Positions 20,293-30,211 are shown, counted from the stretch's first letter. The stretch is DNA of 32,000 nucleotides from Candidatus Sodalis endolongispinus (GCF_018777395.1 NZ_JAFJYC010000002.1:681415-713414), one strand, 5' to 3'. The notes: a model not told the origin generated them from the letters alone. Numbers and translations are program-made.

Positions 20293-22902
20293 ATGACGCA
20301 ACAGCCGCAAGCCAAATACCGCCATGATTATTGTGCGCCGGACTATACCATTACCGATATTCACCTGGATTTTGATCTCGAGGCCGAGAATACCACCGTC
20401 ACGGCAACCAGCACCGTTGTGCGCCAGGGCCAGGCCGGTGCGCCCTTGCTGCTCAACGGCGAAGATTTACGCCTGCTGAGCCTGCGGGTGGACAGTCAGG
20501 AATGGGCGCATTATCGTCTGGATTCGCCCGGCCTGGTCATCGAGCAGTTGCCCGCCACCTTTACCTTGACCATCAAGACGCTGATTCATCCCGCCAATAA
20601 TACCGCGTTGGAGGGGCTCTACCTTTCCGGCGATGCGCTTTGCACCCAATGCGAGGCGGAAGGGTTCCGTCATATTACCTTTTATCTGGATCGCCCGGAT
20701 GTGCTGGCGCGGTTCACTACACGCATTCTGGCGGACAAGCAACGCTATCCTTTCTTGCTCTCCAACGGCAACCGTAGTGATTACGGCGATAACGGCGACG
20801 GCCATCATTGGGTCGTCTGGCAAGATCCCTTTCCGAAACCCTGTTATCTTTTTGCGCTGGTGGCAGGCGATTTTGACGTGCTGCGCGACAGCTTCACCAC
20901 CTGCTCCGGCAGGGAGGTGGCATTAGAGCTGTTTGTCGATCGCGGCAATCTGGATCGCGCCGACTGGGCGATGGCCTCCATCAAGCGCGCCATGCGCTGG
21001 GACGAAACCCGTTTTGGTCTTGAGTACGACCTGGATATCTATATGGTAGTGGCGGTCGATTTCTTCAATATGGGCGCCATGGAGAACAAGGGACTCAACG
21101 TTTTTAACGCCAAATACGTGCTGGCCCGGGCGCAAACGGCGACCGATGTGGATTATCTCAACATCGAACGGGTCATCGGCCACGAATATTTCCATAATTG
21201 GACCGGCAACCGCATTACCTGCCGCGACTGGTTTCAGCTCAGTCTGAAAGAGGGGCTGACGGTCTTTCGCGATCAGGAGTTCAGCTCGGATGTCGGTTCA
21301 CGCGCCGTGAATCGAATCAATAATGTGCGCGTCATGCGCAGCGCGCAGTTCGCCGAAGACGCCAGCCCGATGGCGCATCCCATCCGTCCCGATAAAGTTA
21401 TTGAAATGAATAACTTTTATACCCTAACGGTGTATGAGAAGGGCGCGGAAGTGATCCGAATGCTGCATACCCTGCTGGGGGAAGAGACGTTTCAGGACGG
21501 CATGCGTCGCTACGTTTCCCGCCACGACGGCAGCGCCGCCACCTGCGAGGATTTCGTCGTGGCGATGGAGGAGGCGTCCGGGATCGATTTGATGCTGTTC
21601 CGCCGTTGGTACAGCCAGTCGGGTACGCCGCTGGTGACGGTGCGCGATGACTATAATGCCGAGCTTAAGCAATACACCCTGCACGTCACGCAGATGACGC
21701 CGGACCAGCCGGAAAAACAGGCGCTGCATATTCCGCTGAATATCGAACTTTACGATAACCAGGGACAGGTTATCCCGCTTCAGTATGCTGGCGCGCCGGT
21801 GGATCCGGTGTTGAACGTGACCGAAAGCGTTCAGACGTTCATTTTCGATCAGGTGCCGTCGCTGCCGATCCCCTCGCTGCTGCGGGAGTTCTCCGCGCCG
21901 GTGAAACTGGATTATCCTTATAGCGACCAGCAATTGATCATGCTGATGCGTTTTGCCACCAGCGATTTCTCCCGCTGGGATGCGGCGCAAAGCCTGCTGT
22001 CTATTTATATCCGTTTGAATGTGGCCCGCTACCAGGAGGGACAGCCGCTGACGCTGCCGCTGCATGTGGCCGATGCGTTCCGCGGCATTTTACTTGATGA
22101 GGCGCTGGATCCGGCGCTGGCGGCACAGATACTCACGCTGCCCGGCGAGAACGAAATGGCCGGTTTGTTTGATAGTGTGGATCCGGTGGCGATTCACAGC
22201 GTTCACGACGCGCTGACCAGCTGTCTGGCGAACGAACTGAATGACGAGCTGCTGGCGGTTTACCGCGCCACCCCCTGCGCGGAATATCGGGTAGAGCACC
22301 GGGATATCGGCCTGCGCGCGCTGCGTAACTGCTGCCTGCATTATCTGGCGTTTGGCGATCGCGACCGTGCGGTACGTTTGACCACCGAACAATATCGTCA
22401 GGCCGATAACATGACTGATACGCTGGCGGCAATGGCGGCGGCGGTGGCGGCGCAATTGCCCTGTCAGGCGACGCTACTGGCCGAGTTCGACGAGCGATGG
22501 CATCACGACGGTCTGGTTATGGATAAGTGGTTTAGCCTGCAGGCCACCAGTCCGGCGGCGGATGCGCTGGATCAGGTGAAATCGCTGCTCACCCATCGCG
22601 CTTTCAGCCTCAACAACCCCAATCGTGTCCGGGCGCTTATCGGCGCCTTCGCCGCCAATAATCCGGCGGCATTCCACGCGGCTGACGGTAGCGGCTACGC
22701 CTTTTTGGTCGAGATCTTGACTGAATTAAATACGCGCAACCCCCAGGTGGCGTCGCGTATGGTTGAGCCGCTTATCCGGCTCAAACGCTATGACTTGCCG
22801 CGTCAGCGGCTGATGCGTGCGGCGCTGGAGCGCCTGAAAGCGCTGGAGAACTTATCCGGGGATTTGTTTGAGAAAATAAGCAAGGCGCTGGTGGACGCTT
22901 AA
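20293..22902 (+). CDS. pepN: aminopeptidase N
   Basis: 869-aa ORF (E. coli 870). It starts MTQQPQAKYRHDYCAPDYTITDIHLDFDL and contains GAMENKGLN and the zinc motif HEYFHNWTGNR...WFQLSLKEGLTVFRDQEF. Confidence 0.97.
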   Translation: MTQQPQAKYRHDYCAPDYTITDIHLDFDLEAENTTVTATSTVVRQGQAGAPLLLNGEDLRLLSLRVDSQEWAHYRLDSPGLVIEQLPATFTLTIKTLIHPANNTALEGLYLSGDALCTQCEAEGFRHITFYLDRPDVLARFTTRILADKQRYPFLLSNGNRSDYGDNGDGHHWVVWQDPFPKPCYLFALVAGDFDVLRDSFTTCSGREVALELFVDRGNLDRADWAMASIKRAMRWDETRFGLEYDLDIYMVVAVDFFNMGAMENKGLNVFNAKYVLARAQTATDVDYLNIERVIGHEYFHNWTGNRITCRDWFQLSLKEGLTVFRDQEFSSDVGSRAVNRINNVRVMRSAQFAEDASPMAHPIRPDKVIEMNNFYTLTVYEKGAEVIRMLHTLLGEETFQDGMRRYVSRHDGSAATCEDFVVAMEEASGIDLMLFRRWYSQSGTPLVTVRDDYNAELKQYTLHVTQMTPDQPEKQALHIPLNIELYDNQGQVIPLQYAGAPVDPVLNVTESVQTFIFDQVPSLPIPSLLREFSAPVKLDYPYSDQQLIMLMRFATSDFSRWDAAQSLLSIYIRLNVARYQEGQPLTLPLHVADAFRGILLDEALDPALAAQILTLPGENEMAGLFDSVDPVAIHSVHDALTSCLANELNDELLAVYRATPCAEYRVEHRDIGLRALRNCCLHYLAFGDRDRAVRLTTEQYRQADNMTDTLAAMAAAVAAQLPCQATLLAEFDERWHHDGLVMDKWFSLQATSPAADALDQVKSLLTHRAFSLNNPNRVRALIGAFAANNPAAFHAADGSGYAFLVEILTELNTRNPQVASRMVEPLIRLKRYDLPRQRLMRAALERLKALENLSGDLFEKISKALVDA

Positions 22903-23085
22903 GCGGCGGCCGAGGGATGGCGGGGCGGATTATCTCCTCGCGGCGCGCAAGCCTTCGCATTGCTTGGCCGAGGGGGTAACCCGGGCTGCGCGTTTTATCC
23001 GCGGCGCTGTCCGCGTTGACGGGCTTTGGCGTCCTAAAGCTCTGTTTTTTGATGACGGTGCGCGTCAATCCGGTAGCATCTGAAG

Positions 23086-23110
23086 GGCATCCGGCGGGAT
23101 GCCTTTTTTT
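23086..23110 (+). terminator. rho-independent terminator downstream of pepN
   Basis: ggcatcc-ggcg-ggatgcc forms a 7-bp perfect stem, followed by TTTTTTT (23104-23110). It lies about 185 nt after the pepN stop. Confidence 0.7.
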
Positions 23111-23186
23111 GGGCTATTATCGATTCCCTTTCCTGCGCCGATGATTGATAATACCGCCCCGGTTGCAACCGGGAATCAGGAGACCC

Positions 23187-24199
23187 ATGTTATACCCGCT
23201 TATTAAGCAAGCGCTGTTCCATCTCGACCCGGAACGGGCCCATGAATTAACCTTTCAGCAGCTTAAGCGCATTACCGGCACCCCGCTGGAATGGCTGGTG
23301 CGTCAATCGGTACCGGCAAAAACCGTCAACTGCATGGGCATCGCCTTTAAAAATCCGCTCGGTCTGGCCGCAGGTTTGGATAAGGACTGTGATTGCATCG
23401 ACGTGCTCGGCGCCATGGGTTTTGGTTTTATCGAGGTGGGTACACGGTCACGCCCAGCGCGCAGCCCGGTAATGAAAAGCCGCGCCTGTTCCGTCTGGTG
23501 AAAGCCGGCGGCCTGATAAATCGCATGGGGTTTAATAACCACGGGGTGTACAACCTGGTGGAGAATGTCAAGAAATCCCATTTCGGCGGCGTGCTGGGCA
23601 TCAATATCGGCAAAAATAAAGATACGCCGGTTGAGCAGGGCAAGGATGATTATCTGACCTGTATGGAGAAGGTCTATCCCTATGCCGGTTATATCGCGGT
23701 GAATATTTCATCGCCCAATACCCCCGGTCTGCGCACCCTGCAATTTGGTGAGGCTCTGGATGATCTGTTGCTGGCGACAAAAAATAAGCAGACGACGCTG
23801 CAAGCGTACCATCACAAATATGTGCCGGTGGCGGTTAAAATAGCTCCCGACATGACAGAGGCGGAATTGATCCAAGTCGCCGATAGTTTGGTGCGTCATA
23901 ATATCGACGGCGTCATCGCTACCAATACCACCACCGGCCGTGAACTGGTACAGGGCATGGATTATTGTGGCAAGACCGGCGGGTTGAGCGGCCGACCGCT
24001 GCAATTACGCAGCACCGACGTTATCCGACAATTGTCCGCTGAGTTACAAGGTAAATTACCGATTATCGGGGTCGGCGGTATCGATTCGCTCATCGCGGCC
24101 AGGGAAAAAATGGCGGCTGGCGCTTCGCTTATTCAGATCTATTCGGGCTTTATTTTTCACGGGCCGCGCTTGGTAAAGGATATTGTCAGCGATATTTAG
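23187..24199 (+). pseudogene. pyrD: dihydroorotate dehydrogenase (quinone), frameshifted by a 2-bp insertion
   Basis: ATG 23187 has the SD caggaga at 23177-23183. The first part reads [31 protein letters not shown]...[28 protein letters not shown]. The frame is then lost, and the second frame continues as [19 protein letters not shown]...[11 protein letters not shown]...[11 protein letters not shown]...GLSGRPLQ...IIGVGGI...[10 protein letters not shown]. The span is 1013 nt, which equals 337 codons plus 2. Confidence 0.88.
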
Positions 24200-24367
24200 C
24201 CAATCTTGACAAAATAATGCGGGCTGGGGGCATATTTCTTATCCAGCCTCGTTTATCTTTTATTCGTTTACTGCTAATTTAAGATCAATTAAATTTCCGG
24301 CTCCGTAGGTGACGCTTGCCGGATAGCGACCAGGCCCTGAATTGGCGACGTGATAAAAGGTAAATGG

Positions 24368-24916
24368 ATGAAGATCACCCCTGGCGATAACTGGCATTGG
24401 TTTTTCGATGCTGAACATGACCGTATGATGCTCGATCTGTCGGACGGATTAGTTTTCCGTTCGCGTTTTTGCGCGAAAATGCTGACTCCAGATGCGTTCG
24501 AGCGCACGCGTTTTTGCGTTGACGACGCCGCGCTTTATTATCAATTCGAGGATAAAAGCCGTGCATTACCGCTTAATGACGCTCTGCGCGCTGAATTGGT
24601 GCTGAATGCGCTAGTGGCGTTGCGCTTTTCAAAACCGCAAATGCCCAAGAGCTGGCATTTTCAAACGCAGTATCACGCAGACGCGTGGCAACCCATGGGG
24701 GGCGACAGCGTGCAGGTTTGCGTGAGTGACGGCGGTGAACGGGCGCGTTTGCTGGTGGCGGAGGCGGGCGACAACGCCAGCCTGTGCGTGCTAGCCCAGC
24801 CCGGTCTGGCGCTGGCCGGTCGGCGGATGGCCCTCGGTGATGCGATAAAGATCATGCATGACCGGCTGCAGCCGGCGTCGCGTCAGGACGATTTGCAGTA
24901 CGCGACCGCGGTTTAG
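24368..24916 (+). CDS. zapC: cell division protein ZapC
   Basis: From ATG 24368 the product is 182 aa. It starts [44 protein letters not shown] and contains [23 protein letters not shown] and [14 protein letters not shown], collinear with E. coli ZapC (180 aa). The track ORF starts at GTG 24350. Confidence 0.85.
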   Translation: MKITPGDNWHWFFDAEHDRMMLDLSDGLVFRSRFCAKMLTPDAFERTRFCVDDAALYYQFEDKSRALPLNDALRAELVLNALVALRFSKPQMPKSWHFQTQYHADAWQPMGGDSVQVCVSDGGERARLLVAEAGDNASLCVLAQPGLALAGRRMALGDAIKIMHDRLQPASRQDDLQYATAV

Positions 24917-24926
24917 GCCGCCCCGG

Positions 24927-24963
24927 GGCCGGCGCAAGCCTAAGCGGTTTCTGAGCGCCGGCC
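24927..24963. terminator. GC-rich hairpin between convergent zapC and ycbX (possible bidirectional terminator)
   Basis: ggccggcgc (24927-24935) pairs with gcgccggcc (24955-24963), giving a 9-bp stem with a 19-nt loop. There is no clear U-tract on either side. Confidence 0.35.
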
Positions 24964-24966
24964 GGG

Positions 24967-26067
24967 TTATTCCAGTTGCACATCGCCGCGCGGAATGCAA
25001 CTGCAGGACAGCACCCACGGCGTCTGTGCCGTTGCGCTGGCCGTTAACGGCGCAACTTTACCCGACAGTAATTTTACCTTGCAGGTGCCGCAAATCCCGG
25101 CCCGGCAAGAGTAGGGGATGCGTATTCCCTGCAGCTCCAACTGTTCCAGCAAAATATCCCGTTGGTTACCGGTAAAACGCCGGCCTTGATATTCGATGGT
25201 CACCGGTGCGTCGACGGCTGGCGGCGCGGGGGCGACAGACGGGCTGCCGGCGTGGTATCGTCGCGGTTTGCGGGTGCTGACAACCTCGACCTTATCGCCC
25301 ACGCGTACTATGCCTGTGGTGCGGGCGATGACATTCTGGCCGAAATCGACGTTGCCATCGTCGTCGCTGCGATAGCCTTGTAAGGTGCGCAACGGCTCAC
25401 CCTGCGGATGTTTATCGCCTTGCTCGACATTGGCCGTGGTCAAGACGCAGCGGCTGCAGGGTTTCACTACTTCAAACTCGACCTCGCCGATCCGCAAATG
25501 ATGCCAGCTATCCTCCGCATACGCCTCAGTCCCGGTCACCACCAGATTGGGCCGAAACTGGGTCAGCGTGACGCCGGCATGGCAGCGGCGCTGTAAATCC
25601 AAGAAAGACGCTTCGCTTATCAACAAATAGGGGTACCCGTCGGCGAACGAGAGCGGTACGGTAGGAAAGCGTTTAACCCTACGGTGGCTGTGCTCGCCCG
25701 TCCAGCAGAGGGTAACCGACTGATCTAAATAGCCTGCCAGCCAGGTATTGATGGCCTCCGGCGCCGGATAAGCGGTAAAATGATTCCCCCAGACTTCCAC
25801 CGGCTGCGACGGGGCGGAAAAGTCGGCAAAGCGCACGTGGCGGCTTTGCCCGTCGGGCGCGGTCAGGTGCAGCCCGCCCGGCAGCATCACCGGGGTAAAT
25901 AACAGCAGTTGTGGAAACTGACGGGCGGTGATGAACGTGCCGTCGGCGTCGGTGAGCATAAAAACGCGATCAAACGCCAACCCTTCGGCGCCGGCTAGAG
26001 CATGCGACAGCTGCAATCCGCGCATTGATTTCACCGGATGCACATATAAACGCGATAAAATACTCAT
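24967..26067 (-). CDS. ycbX: MOSC-domain / 2Fe-2S ferredoxin-domain protein YcbX
   Basis: 366-aa ORF starting MSILSRLYVHPVKSMRGLQLSHA. It has the MOSC region FRPNLVV...KPCSRCVLTT and a C-terminal plant-type ferredoxin cysteine cluster YSCRAGICGTCKVKLL...SCSC. Confidence 0.9.
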   Translation of the reverse strand: MSILSRLYVHPVKSMRGLQLSHALAGAEGLAFDRVFMLTDADGTFITARQFPQLLLFTPVMLPGGLHLTAPDGQSRHVRFADFSAPSQPVEVWGNHFTAYPAPEAINTWLAGYLDQSVTLCWTGEHSHRRVKRFPTVPLSFADGYPYLLISEASFLDLQRRCHAGVTLTQFRPNLVVTGTEAYAEDSWHHLRIGEVEFEVVKPCSRCVLTTANVEQGDKHPQGEPLRTLQGYRSDDDGNVDFGQNVIARTTGIVRVGDKVEVVSTRKPRRYHAGSPSVAPAPPAVDAPVTIEYQGRRFTGNQRDILLEQLELQGIRIPYSCRAGICGTCKVKLLSGKVAPLTASATAQTPWVLSCSCIPRGDVQLE

Positions 26068-26170
26068 TATGCCTCCGTGCCGTTTGTGATGACGGTCAAC
26101 TTTATGACAATGGGGCTGGATTGGCTATAATGCGCATCGATTTTCTTTTTAATTAATAATAAGTGACCAG

Positions 26171-28290
26171 ATGAATTCTCTGTTTGCCACCACGGCACAA
26201 GGTTTGGAAGAACTGTTAAAAAGCGAGCTGGAAACCCTGGGGGCCACGTCGTGCAAAATCGCGCTGGGCGGTGTGCATTTTCAGGCGGATAACCGGCTGC
26301 TTTACCGCGCGCTGTTGTGGAGTCGTCTGGCGTCGCGCATCGTCCTGCCGTTAAACGCGTTTAGCGTTAACAGCGACGGCGACCTGTATCGCGGCGTGCA
26401 GGCGGTGGATTGGCCGTCGCTGTTTACCGTCGATAAGCGCTTTGCCGTGCATTTCAGTGGCACCAACGCGGCAATACGTAACAGCCAGTATGGCGCGTTG
26501 AAGGTCAAGGACGCCATCGTCGATAGCTTTACCCGCCACTGCGCGCGCCGTCCCGATGTTGACCGCCAGCAGCCGGATATCAAGATCCAGGCCTATCTGC
26601 ACCGTGACCAGGTGATGCTGTCTCTCGATCTGAGCGGCAGCAGTCTGCACCAGCGCGGCTATCGCGATGGCGCCGGTCAGGCGCCGTTGAAGGAGAATCT
26701 GGCCGCCGCCATCGTGCTGCGCTCTGGCCGGCAGCCCGACACGCCATTGCTGGACCCGATGTACGGCTCCGGCACGCTGCTGATTGAAGCGGCGATGATC
26801 GCGGCCGATTGCGCCACCGGGCTTACGCGCACGATTTGGGTGGTTTCTGCCTGGTCCGGGCATGATGAGGCGCTGTGGCAAGAGAAGGTGCGTGACGCGC
26901 GCGCGCGTGCCCGCACCGGGTTGGCGCAAACGCCGTCGCGCTTTTACGGCTTTGATATCGATGGCCGCGTGCTAGAGAAGGCGCGCCATAACGCTCAGCA
27001 TGCCGGCGTGTCGGCGTTGATAACCTTCCAGGTCGGTGAGGTGGCGCAGTTGGTCAATCCGCTGCCGGCGGGGACGCGCGGCAACGTGGTAAGTAATCCA
27101 CCCTACGGTGAACGTATGGAGAGTGAGCCGGCGCTAATCGCCCTGCACAACCAGCTCGGCCGGGTAATGAAGAACCAGTTTGGCGGCTGTCGTTGTTCAG
27201 CGCGTCGCCGGCGCTGCTCGGCGCCTTGATGCTGCGTGCCGAGCGCAGTTTTAAAGCGAAAAACGGCCCGCTAGACTGCGAACAGAAGAACTATCTGCTG
27301 GCGGAAACTGCCGCTGCGCCCGGTTCGACGGAAGGGCAAATCGCCGCCGATTTCGCCAACCGCTTGCGCAAAAATATGCGCGCGCTGCAAAAGTGGGTCG
27401 AGCGGGAGAAGCTTGATTGCTACCGGCTGTATGACGCCGATCTGCCAGAATACAATGTCGCCATCGACTGTTACAGCAGTTGGGTGGTGATCCAGGAATA
27501 TGTCGCGCCGAAAAGCATCGACCCCGAACGCGCGCGGCAGCGGCTGTATGATGTGATTAACGCTACCATGGCGGTGCTGGCCATACCGGCCAGCCGGCTG
27601 GTTGTGAAGGCGCGCGAGCGGCAAAAAGGCAAAAGCCAATATGAAAAACTGGCGCAGAAAGGCGAGTTTCTGTTGGTAGAGGAGTATGGCGCCAAATTAT
27701 GGGTCAACTTGACCGACTACCTGGATACGGGGCTGTTCCTCGATCACCGTATCGCGCGCAGAATGCTGGGGGAGATGAGCCGCGGCAAAGATTTCCTCAA
27801 CCTATTTGCCTATACCGGTAGCGCCAGTGTTCATGCCGGAATTGGCGGCGCGCGCAGCACCACGTCGGTCGATATGTCGCGACCCTATCTCGAATGGGCG
27901 GAAAAAAATCTGCGCAGCAACGGGCTGGTCGGCCGTCAGCACCGGCTGATTCAGGCGGATTGCCTGGCGTGGCTGGCGATGGCGCAAGAGACCTTCGATG
28001 TTATCTTTATCGACCCGCCGACCTTTTCCAACTCCAAGCGCATGGCCGACACCTTTGACGTGCAGCGCGACCATCTGACGCTGATGGCGCAGCTTAAACG
28101 GCTGTTGCGCCCCGGTGGCACTATCATGTTTTCCAATAACAGACGCGGTTTCCAGCTGGACGAGGCGGGTCTGGACGAGCTGGGCCTGCGGGCGCAGTCG
28201 ATAACCGATCGCACCCGCTCGCCGGACTTCGCCCGCAACCGCCAAATTCATCTCTGCTGGTTGATAAGCCATGCGGACAAGGATCTTTAA
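26171..28290 (+). pseudogene. rlmL: bifunctional 23S rRNA methyltransferase RlmKL (m2G2445/m7G2069), frameshifted
   Basis: The N-terminal ORF 26171..27229 reads [25 protein letters not shown]...[16 protein letters not shown]...[34 protein letters not shown]. The C-terminal ORF 27193..28290 is in the -1 frame and reads [11 protein letters not shown]...[14 protein letters not shown]...[17 protein letters not shown]...[18 protein letters not shown]...[14 protein letters not shown]...[12 protein letters not shown]. The span is 2120 nt (3n+2). Confidence 0.88.
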
Positions 28291-28293
28291 GTC

Positions 28294-30211
28294 ATGTCAT
28301 TAATTAGTCTTTCCGGCGCCTGGCTGTCGTTCAGCGATGCGCCGCTGCTGGATAACACCGAGCTGAATATCGAGCGCAACGAGCGCGTCTGCCTGGTCGG
28401 GCGCAACGGCGCCGGCAAATCCACCTTGATGAAAATCTTGAGCCGCGAGGTGCCGCTTGACGATGGCCAGCTGATTTTCGAGCGGGACGTGGCGGTCGCC
28501 CGTTTGCAGCAGGATCCGCCGCGGGACATCACCGGCAGCGTATTTGATTTCGTCGCTGAAGGCGTTGAGGCGCAGATACTGAAAGCCTACCACGCCATTT
28601 CCCAACAGGTAGAACAAGATCCGAGCGAAAAAAATTTGGCGAAAATGGGCCGGATGATGGAAATTATCGACCATCAAAACCTGTGGCATTTGGAAAAACG
28701 CATCCATGAGGTGATAGAACAAATAGGTCTGGACGCCGACAGCCAGCTGGCGTCGCTGTCCGGCGGCTGGCTGCGCAAAGCGGCGCTGGGTCGCGCGCTG
28801 GTGTGCCAGCCGCAGGTGTTGCTGCCAGATGAGCCGACCAACCATCTGGATATTGAAACCATCGATTGGCTGGAAGCATTCCTGAAGACGTTCCCCGGCA
28901 GCATTATCTTCATCTCCCATGACCGGTCGTTTATCCGCGCCATGGCAACCCGCATCGTCGATCTGGACCGCGGCAAACTGGTTTCCTGGCCGGGCAATTA
29001 TGACAAATACCTGGAAGGGAAAGAGGAAGAGCTACGGGTGCAAGAGCTGCAAAACGCCGAGTTTGATCGCAAACTGGCGCAGGAGGAAGTGTGGATCCGC
29101 CAGGGGATCAAAGCCCGGCGCACGCGCAATGAAGGGCGGGTGCGCGCGCTTAAAGCGCTGCGGCAAGAGCGTTCCGAACGGCGCGCAGTGATGGGCAGCG
29201 CCAAGATCCAGGTGGAAGAGGAGGCGCGGTCGGGCAAAATCGTTTTTGAATTGTACGATGTCAGTTATGGCATTGACGGGAAAAGGCTGATTAGCCATTT
29301 CAGCGCCCAGGTGCAGCGTGGCGATAAAATCGCTCTCATCGGCCCCAATGGCTGCGGCAAAAACACGTTGCTGAAATTAATGCTGGGCCAGCTTAGCGCC
29401 GACAGCGTCCGCGTGCATTGCGGCACCAAGCTGGAAGTCGCCTATTTCGACCAGTACCGTGCGGTGCTTGACCCGGAACGGACCGTGATGGACAACCTGG
29501 CCGAGGGCAAGCAGGAAGTGATGGTCAACGGCCGTTCGCGCCACGTATTGGGTTATCTGCAGGACTTTTTATTTCATCCGAAGTGGGCTATGACGCCGGT
29601 GAAAGCGCTTTCGGGCGGCGAGCGTAACCGGTTATTGCTGGCGCGATTGTTTCTTAATCCCAGCAACCTGCTGATCCTCGACGAACCCACTAACGATCTC
29701 GATGTCGAAACCCTGGAACTGCTGGAAGGGATACTCGACAGTTATCAAGGCACCGTACTTCTGGTCAGCCACGATCGTCAGTTCGTCGATAACTCGGTGA
29801 CCGAGTGCTGGATTTTTACCGGGGAAGGGCGCATTGAGCGTTATGTTGGCGGCTATTTTGACGCCCAGCGCCAGCGCAGCAATCACCGTGCGTTAAAGGC
29901 GCCGTCGGCACCTGCGCCATCGACGCCGGCGCCCGCCCGCCAGCGCCACCCCATCTTCTGCCAAACGCGGCGGGGGGAAACTCAGTTATAACCTGCAACG
30001 GGAGCTGGAAACGTTACCGGGTCAGATTGAGATGCTGGAGCAGGAAATAGGCCGACTGCAGGCGCAAATGTCGGCGCCGGACTTTTTCAGCCAACCCCAT
30101 GAAACAACCCAGCCGGTGCTGAGTGCAATCGCACGGGCAGAAGATGCGCTCGAGCAGGCGTTCACCCGCTGGGAAACGCTGGAAGCGCAACAGAACGGCA
30201 CAGCGGATTAG
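28294..30211 (+). pseudogene. uup: ABC-F family ATPase Uup, frameshifted near the C-terminal linker
   Basis: ORF 28294..29991 reads MSLISLSGAWLSFSDAPLLDN...GRNGAGKSTLMKIL...LSGGWLRKAALGRAL...HDRSFI...GPNGCGKNTLLK...LSGGERNRLLLARL...LILDEPTNDLDVETLE...HDRQFVDN. The conserved C-terminal coiled-coil domain continues in the +1 frame to the TAG at 30209-30211. It reads SSAKRGGGKLSYNLQRELETLPGQIEMLEQEIGRLQAQMSAPDFFSQPHETTQ...LEQAFTRWETLEA. The span is 1918 nt (3n+1). Confidence 0.88.

Noticed and set aside
29972-29977. G6 homopolymer as the site of the uup frameshift, which would suggest a sequencing error
   Set aside because: The +1 frame is already ortholog-like upstream of the G-run (SSAKRGGGKLSY uses the run as Gly-Gly). 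The shift must therefore lie further upstream in the GC-rich linker.
3002-30211. Programmed ribosomal frameshifting as an explanation for the split smtA, pyrD, rlmKL and uup genes
   Set aside because: There are no slippery heptanucleotide-plus-structure contexts at the junctions. These genes are not known to use recoding, and the junctions are explained by simple repeat gain or loss.
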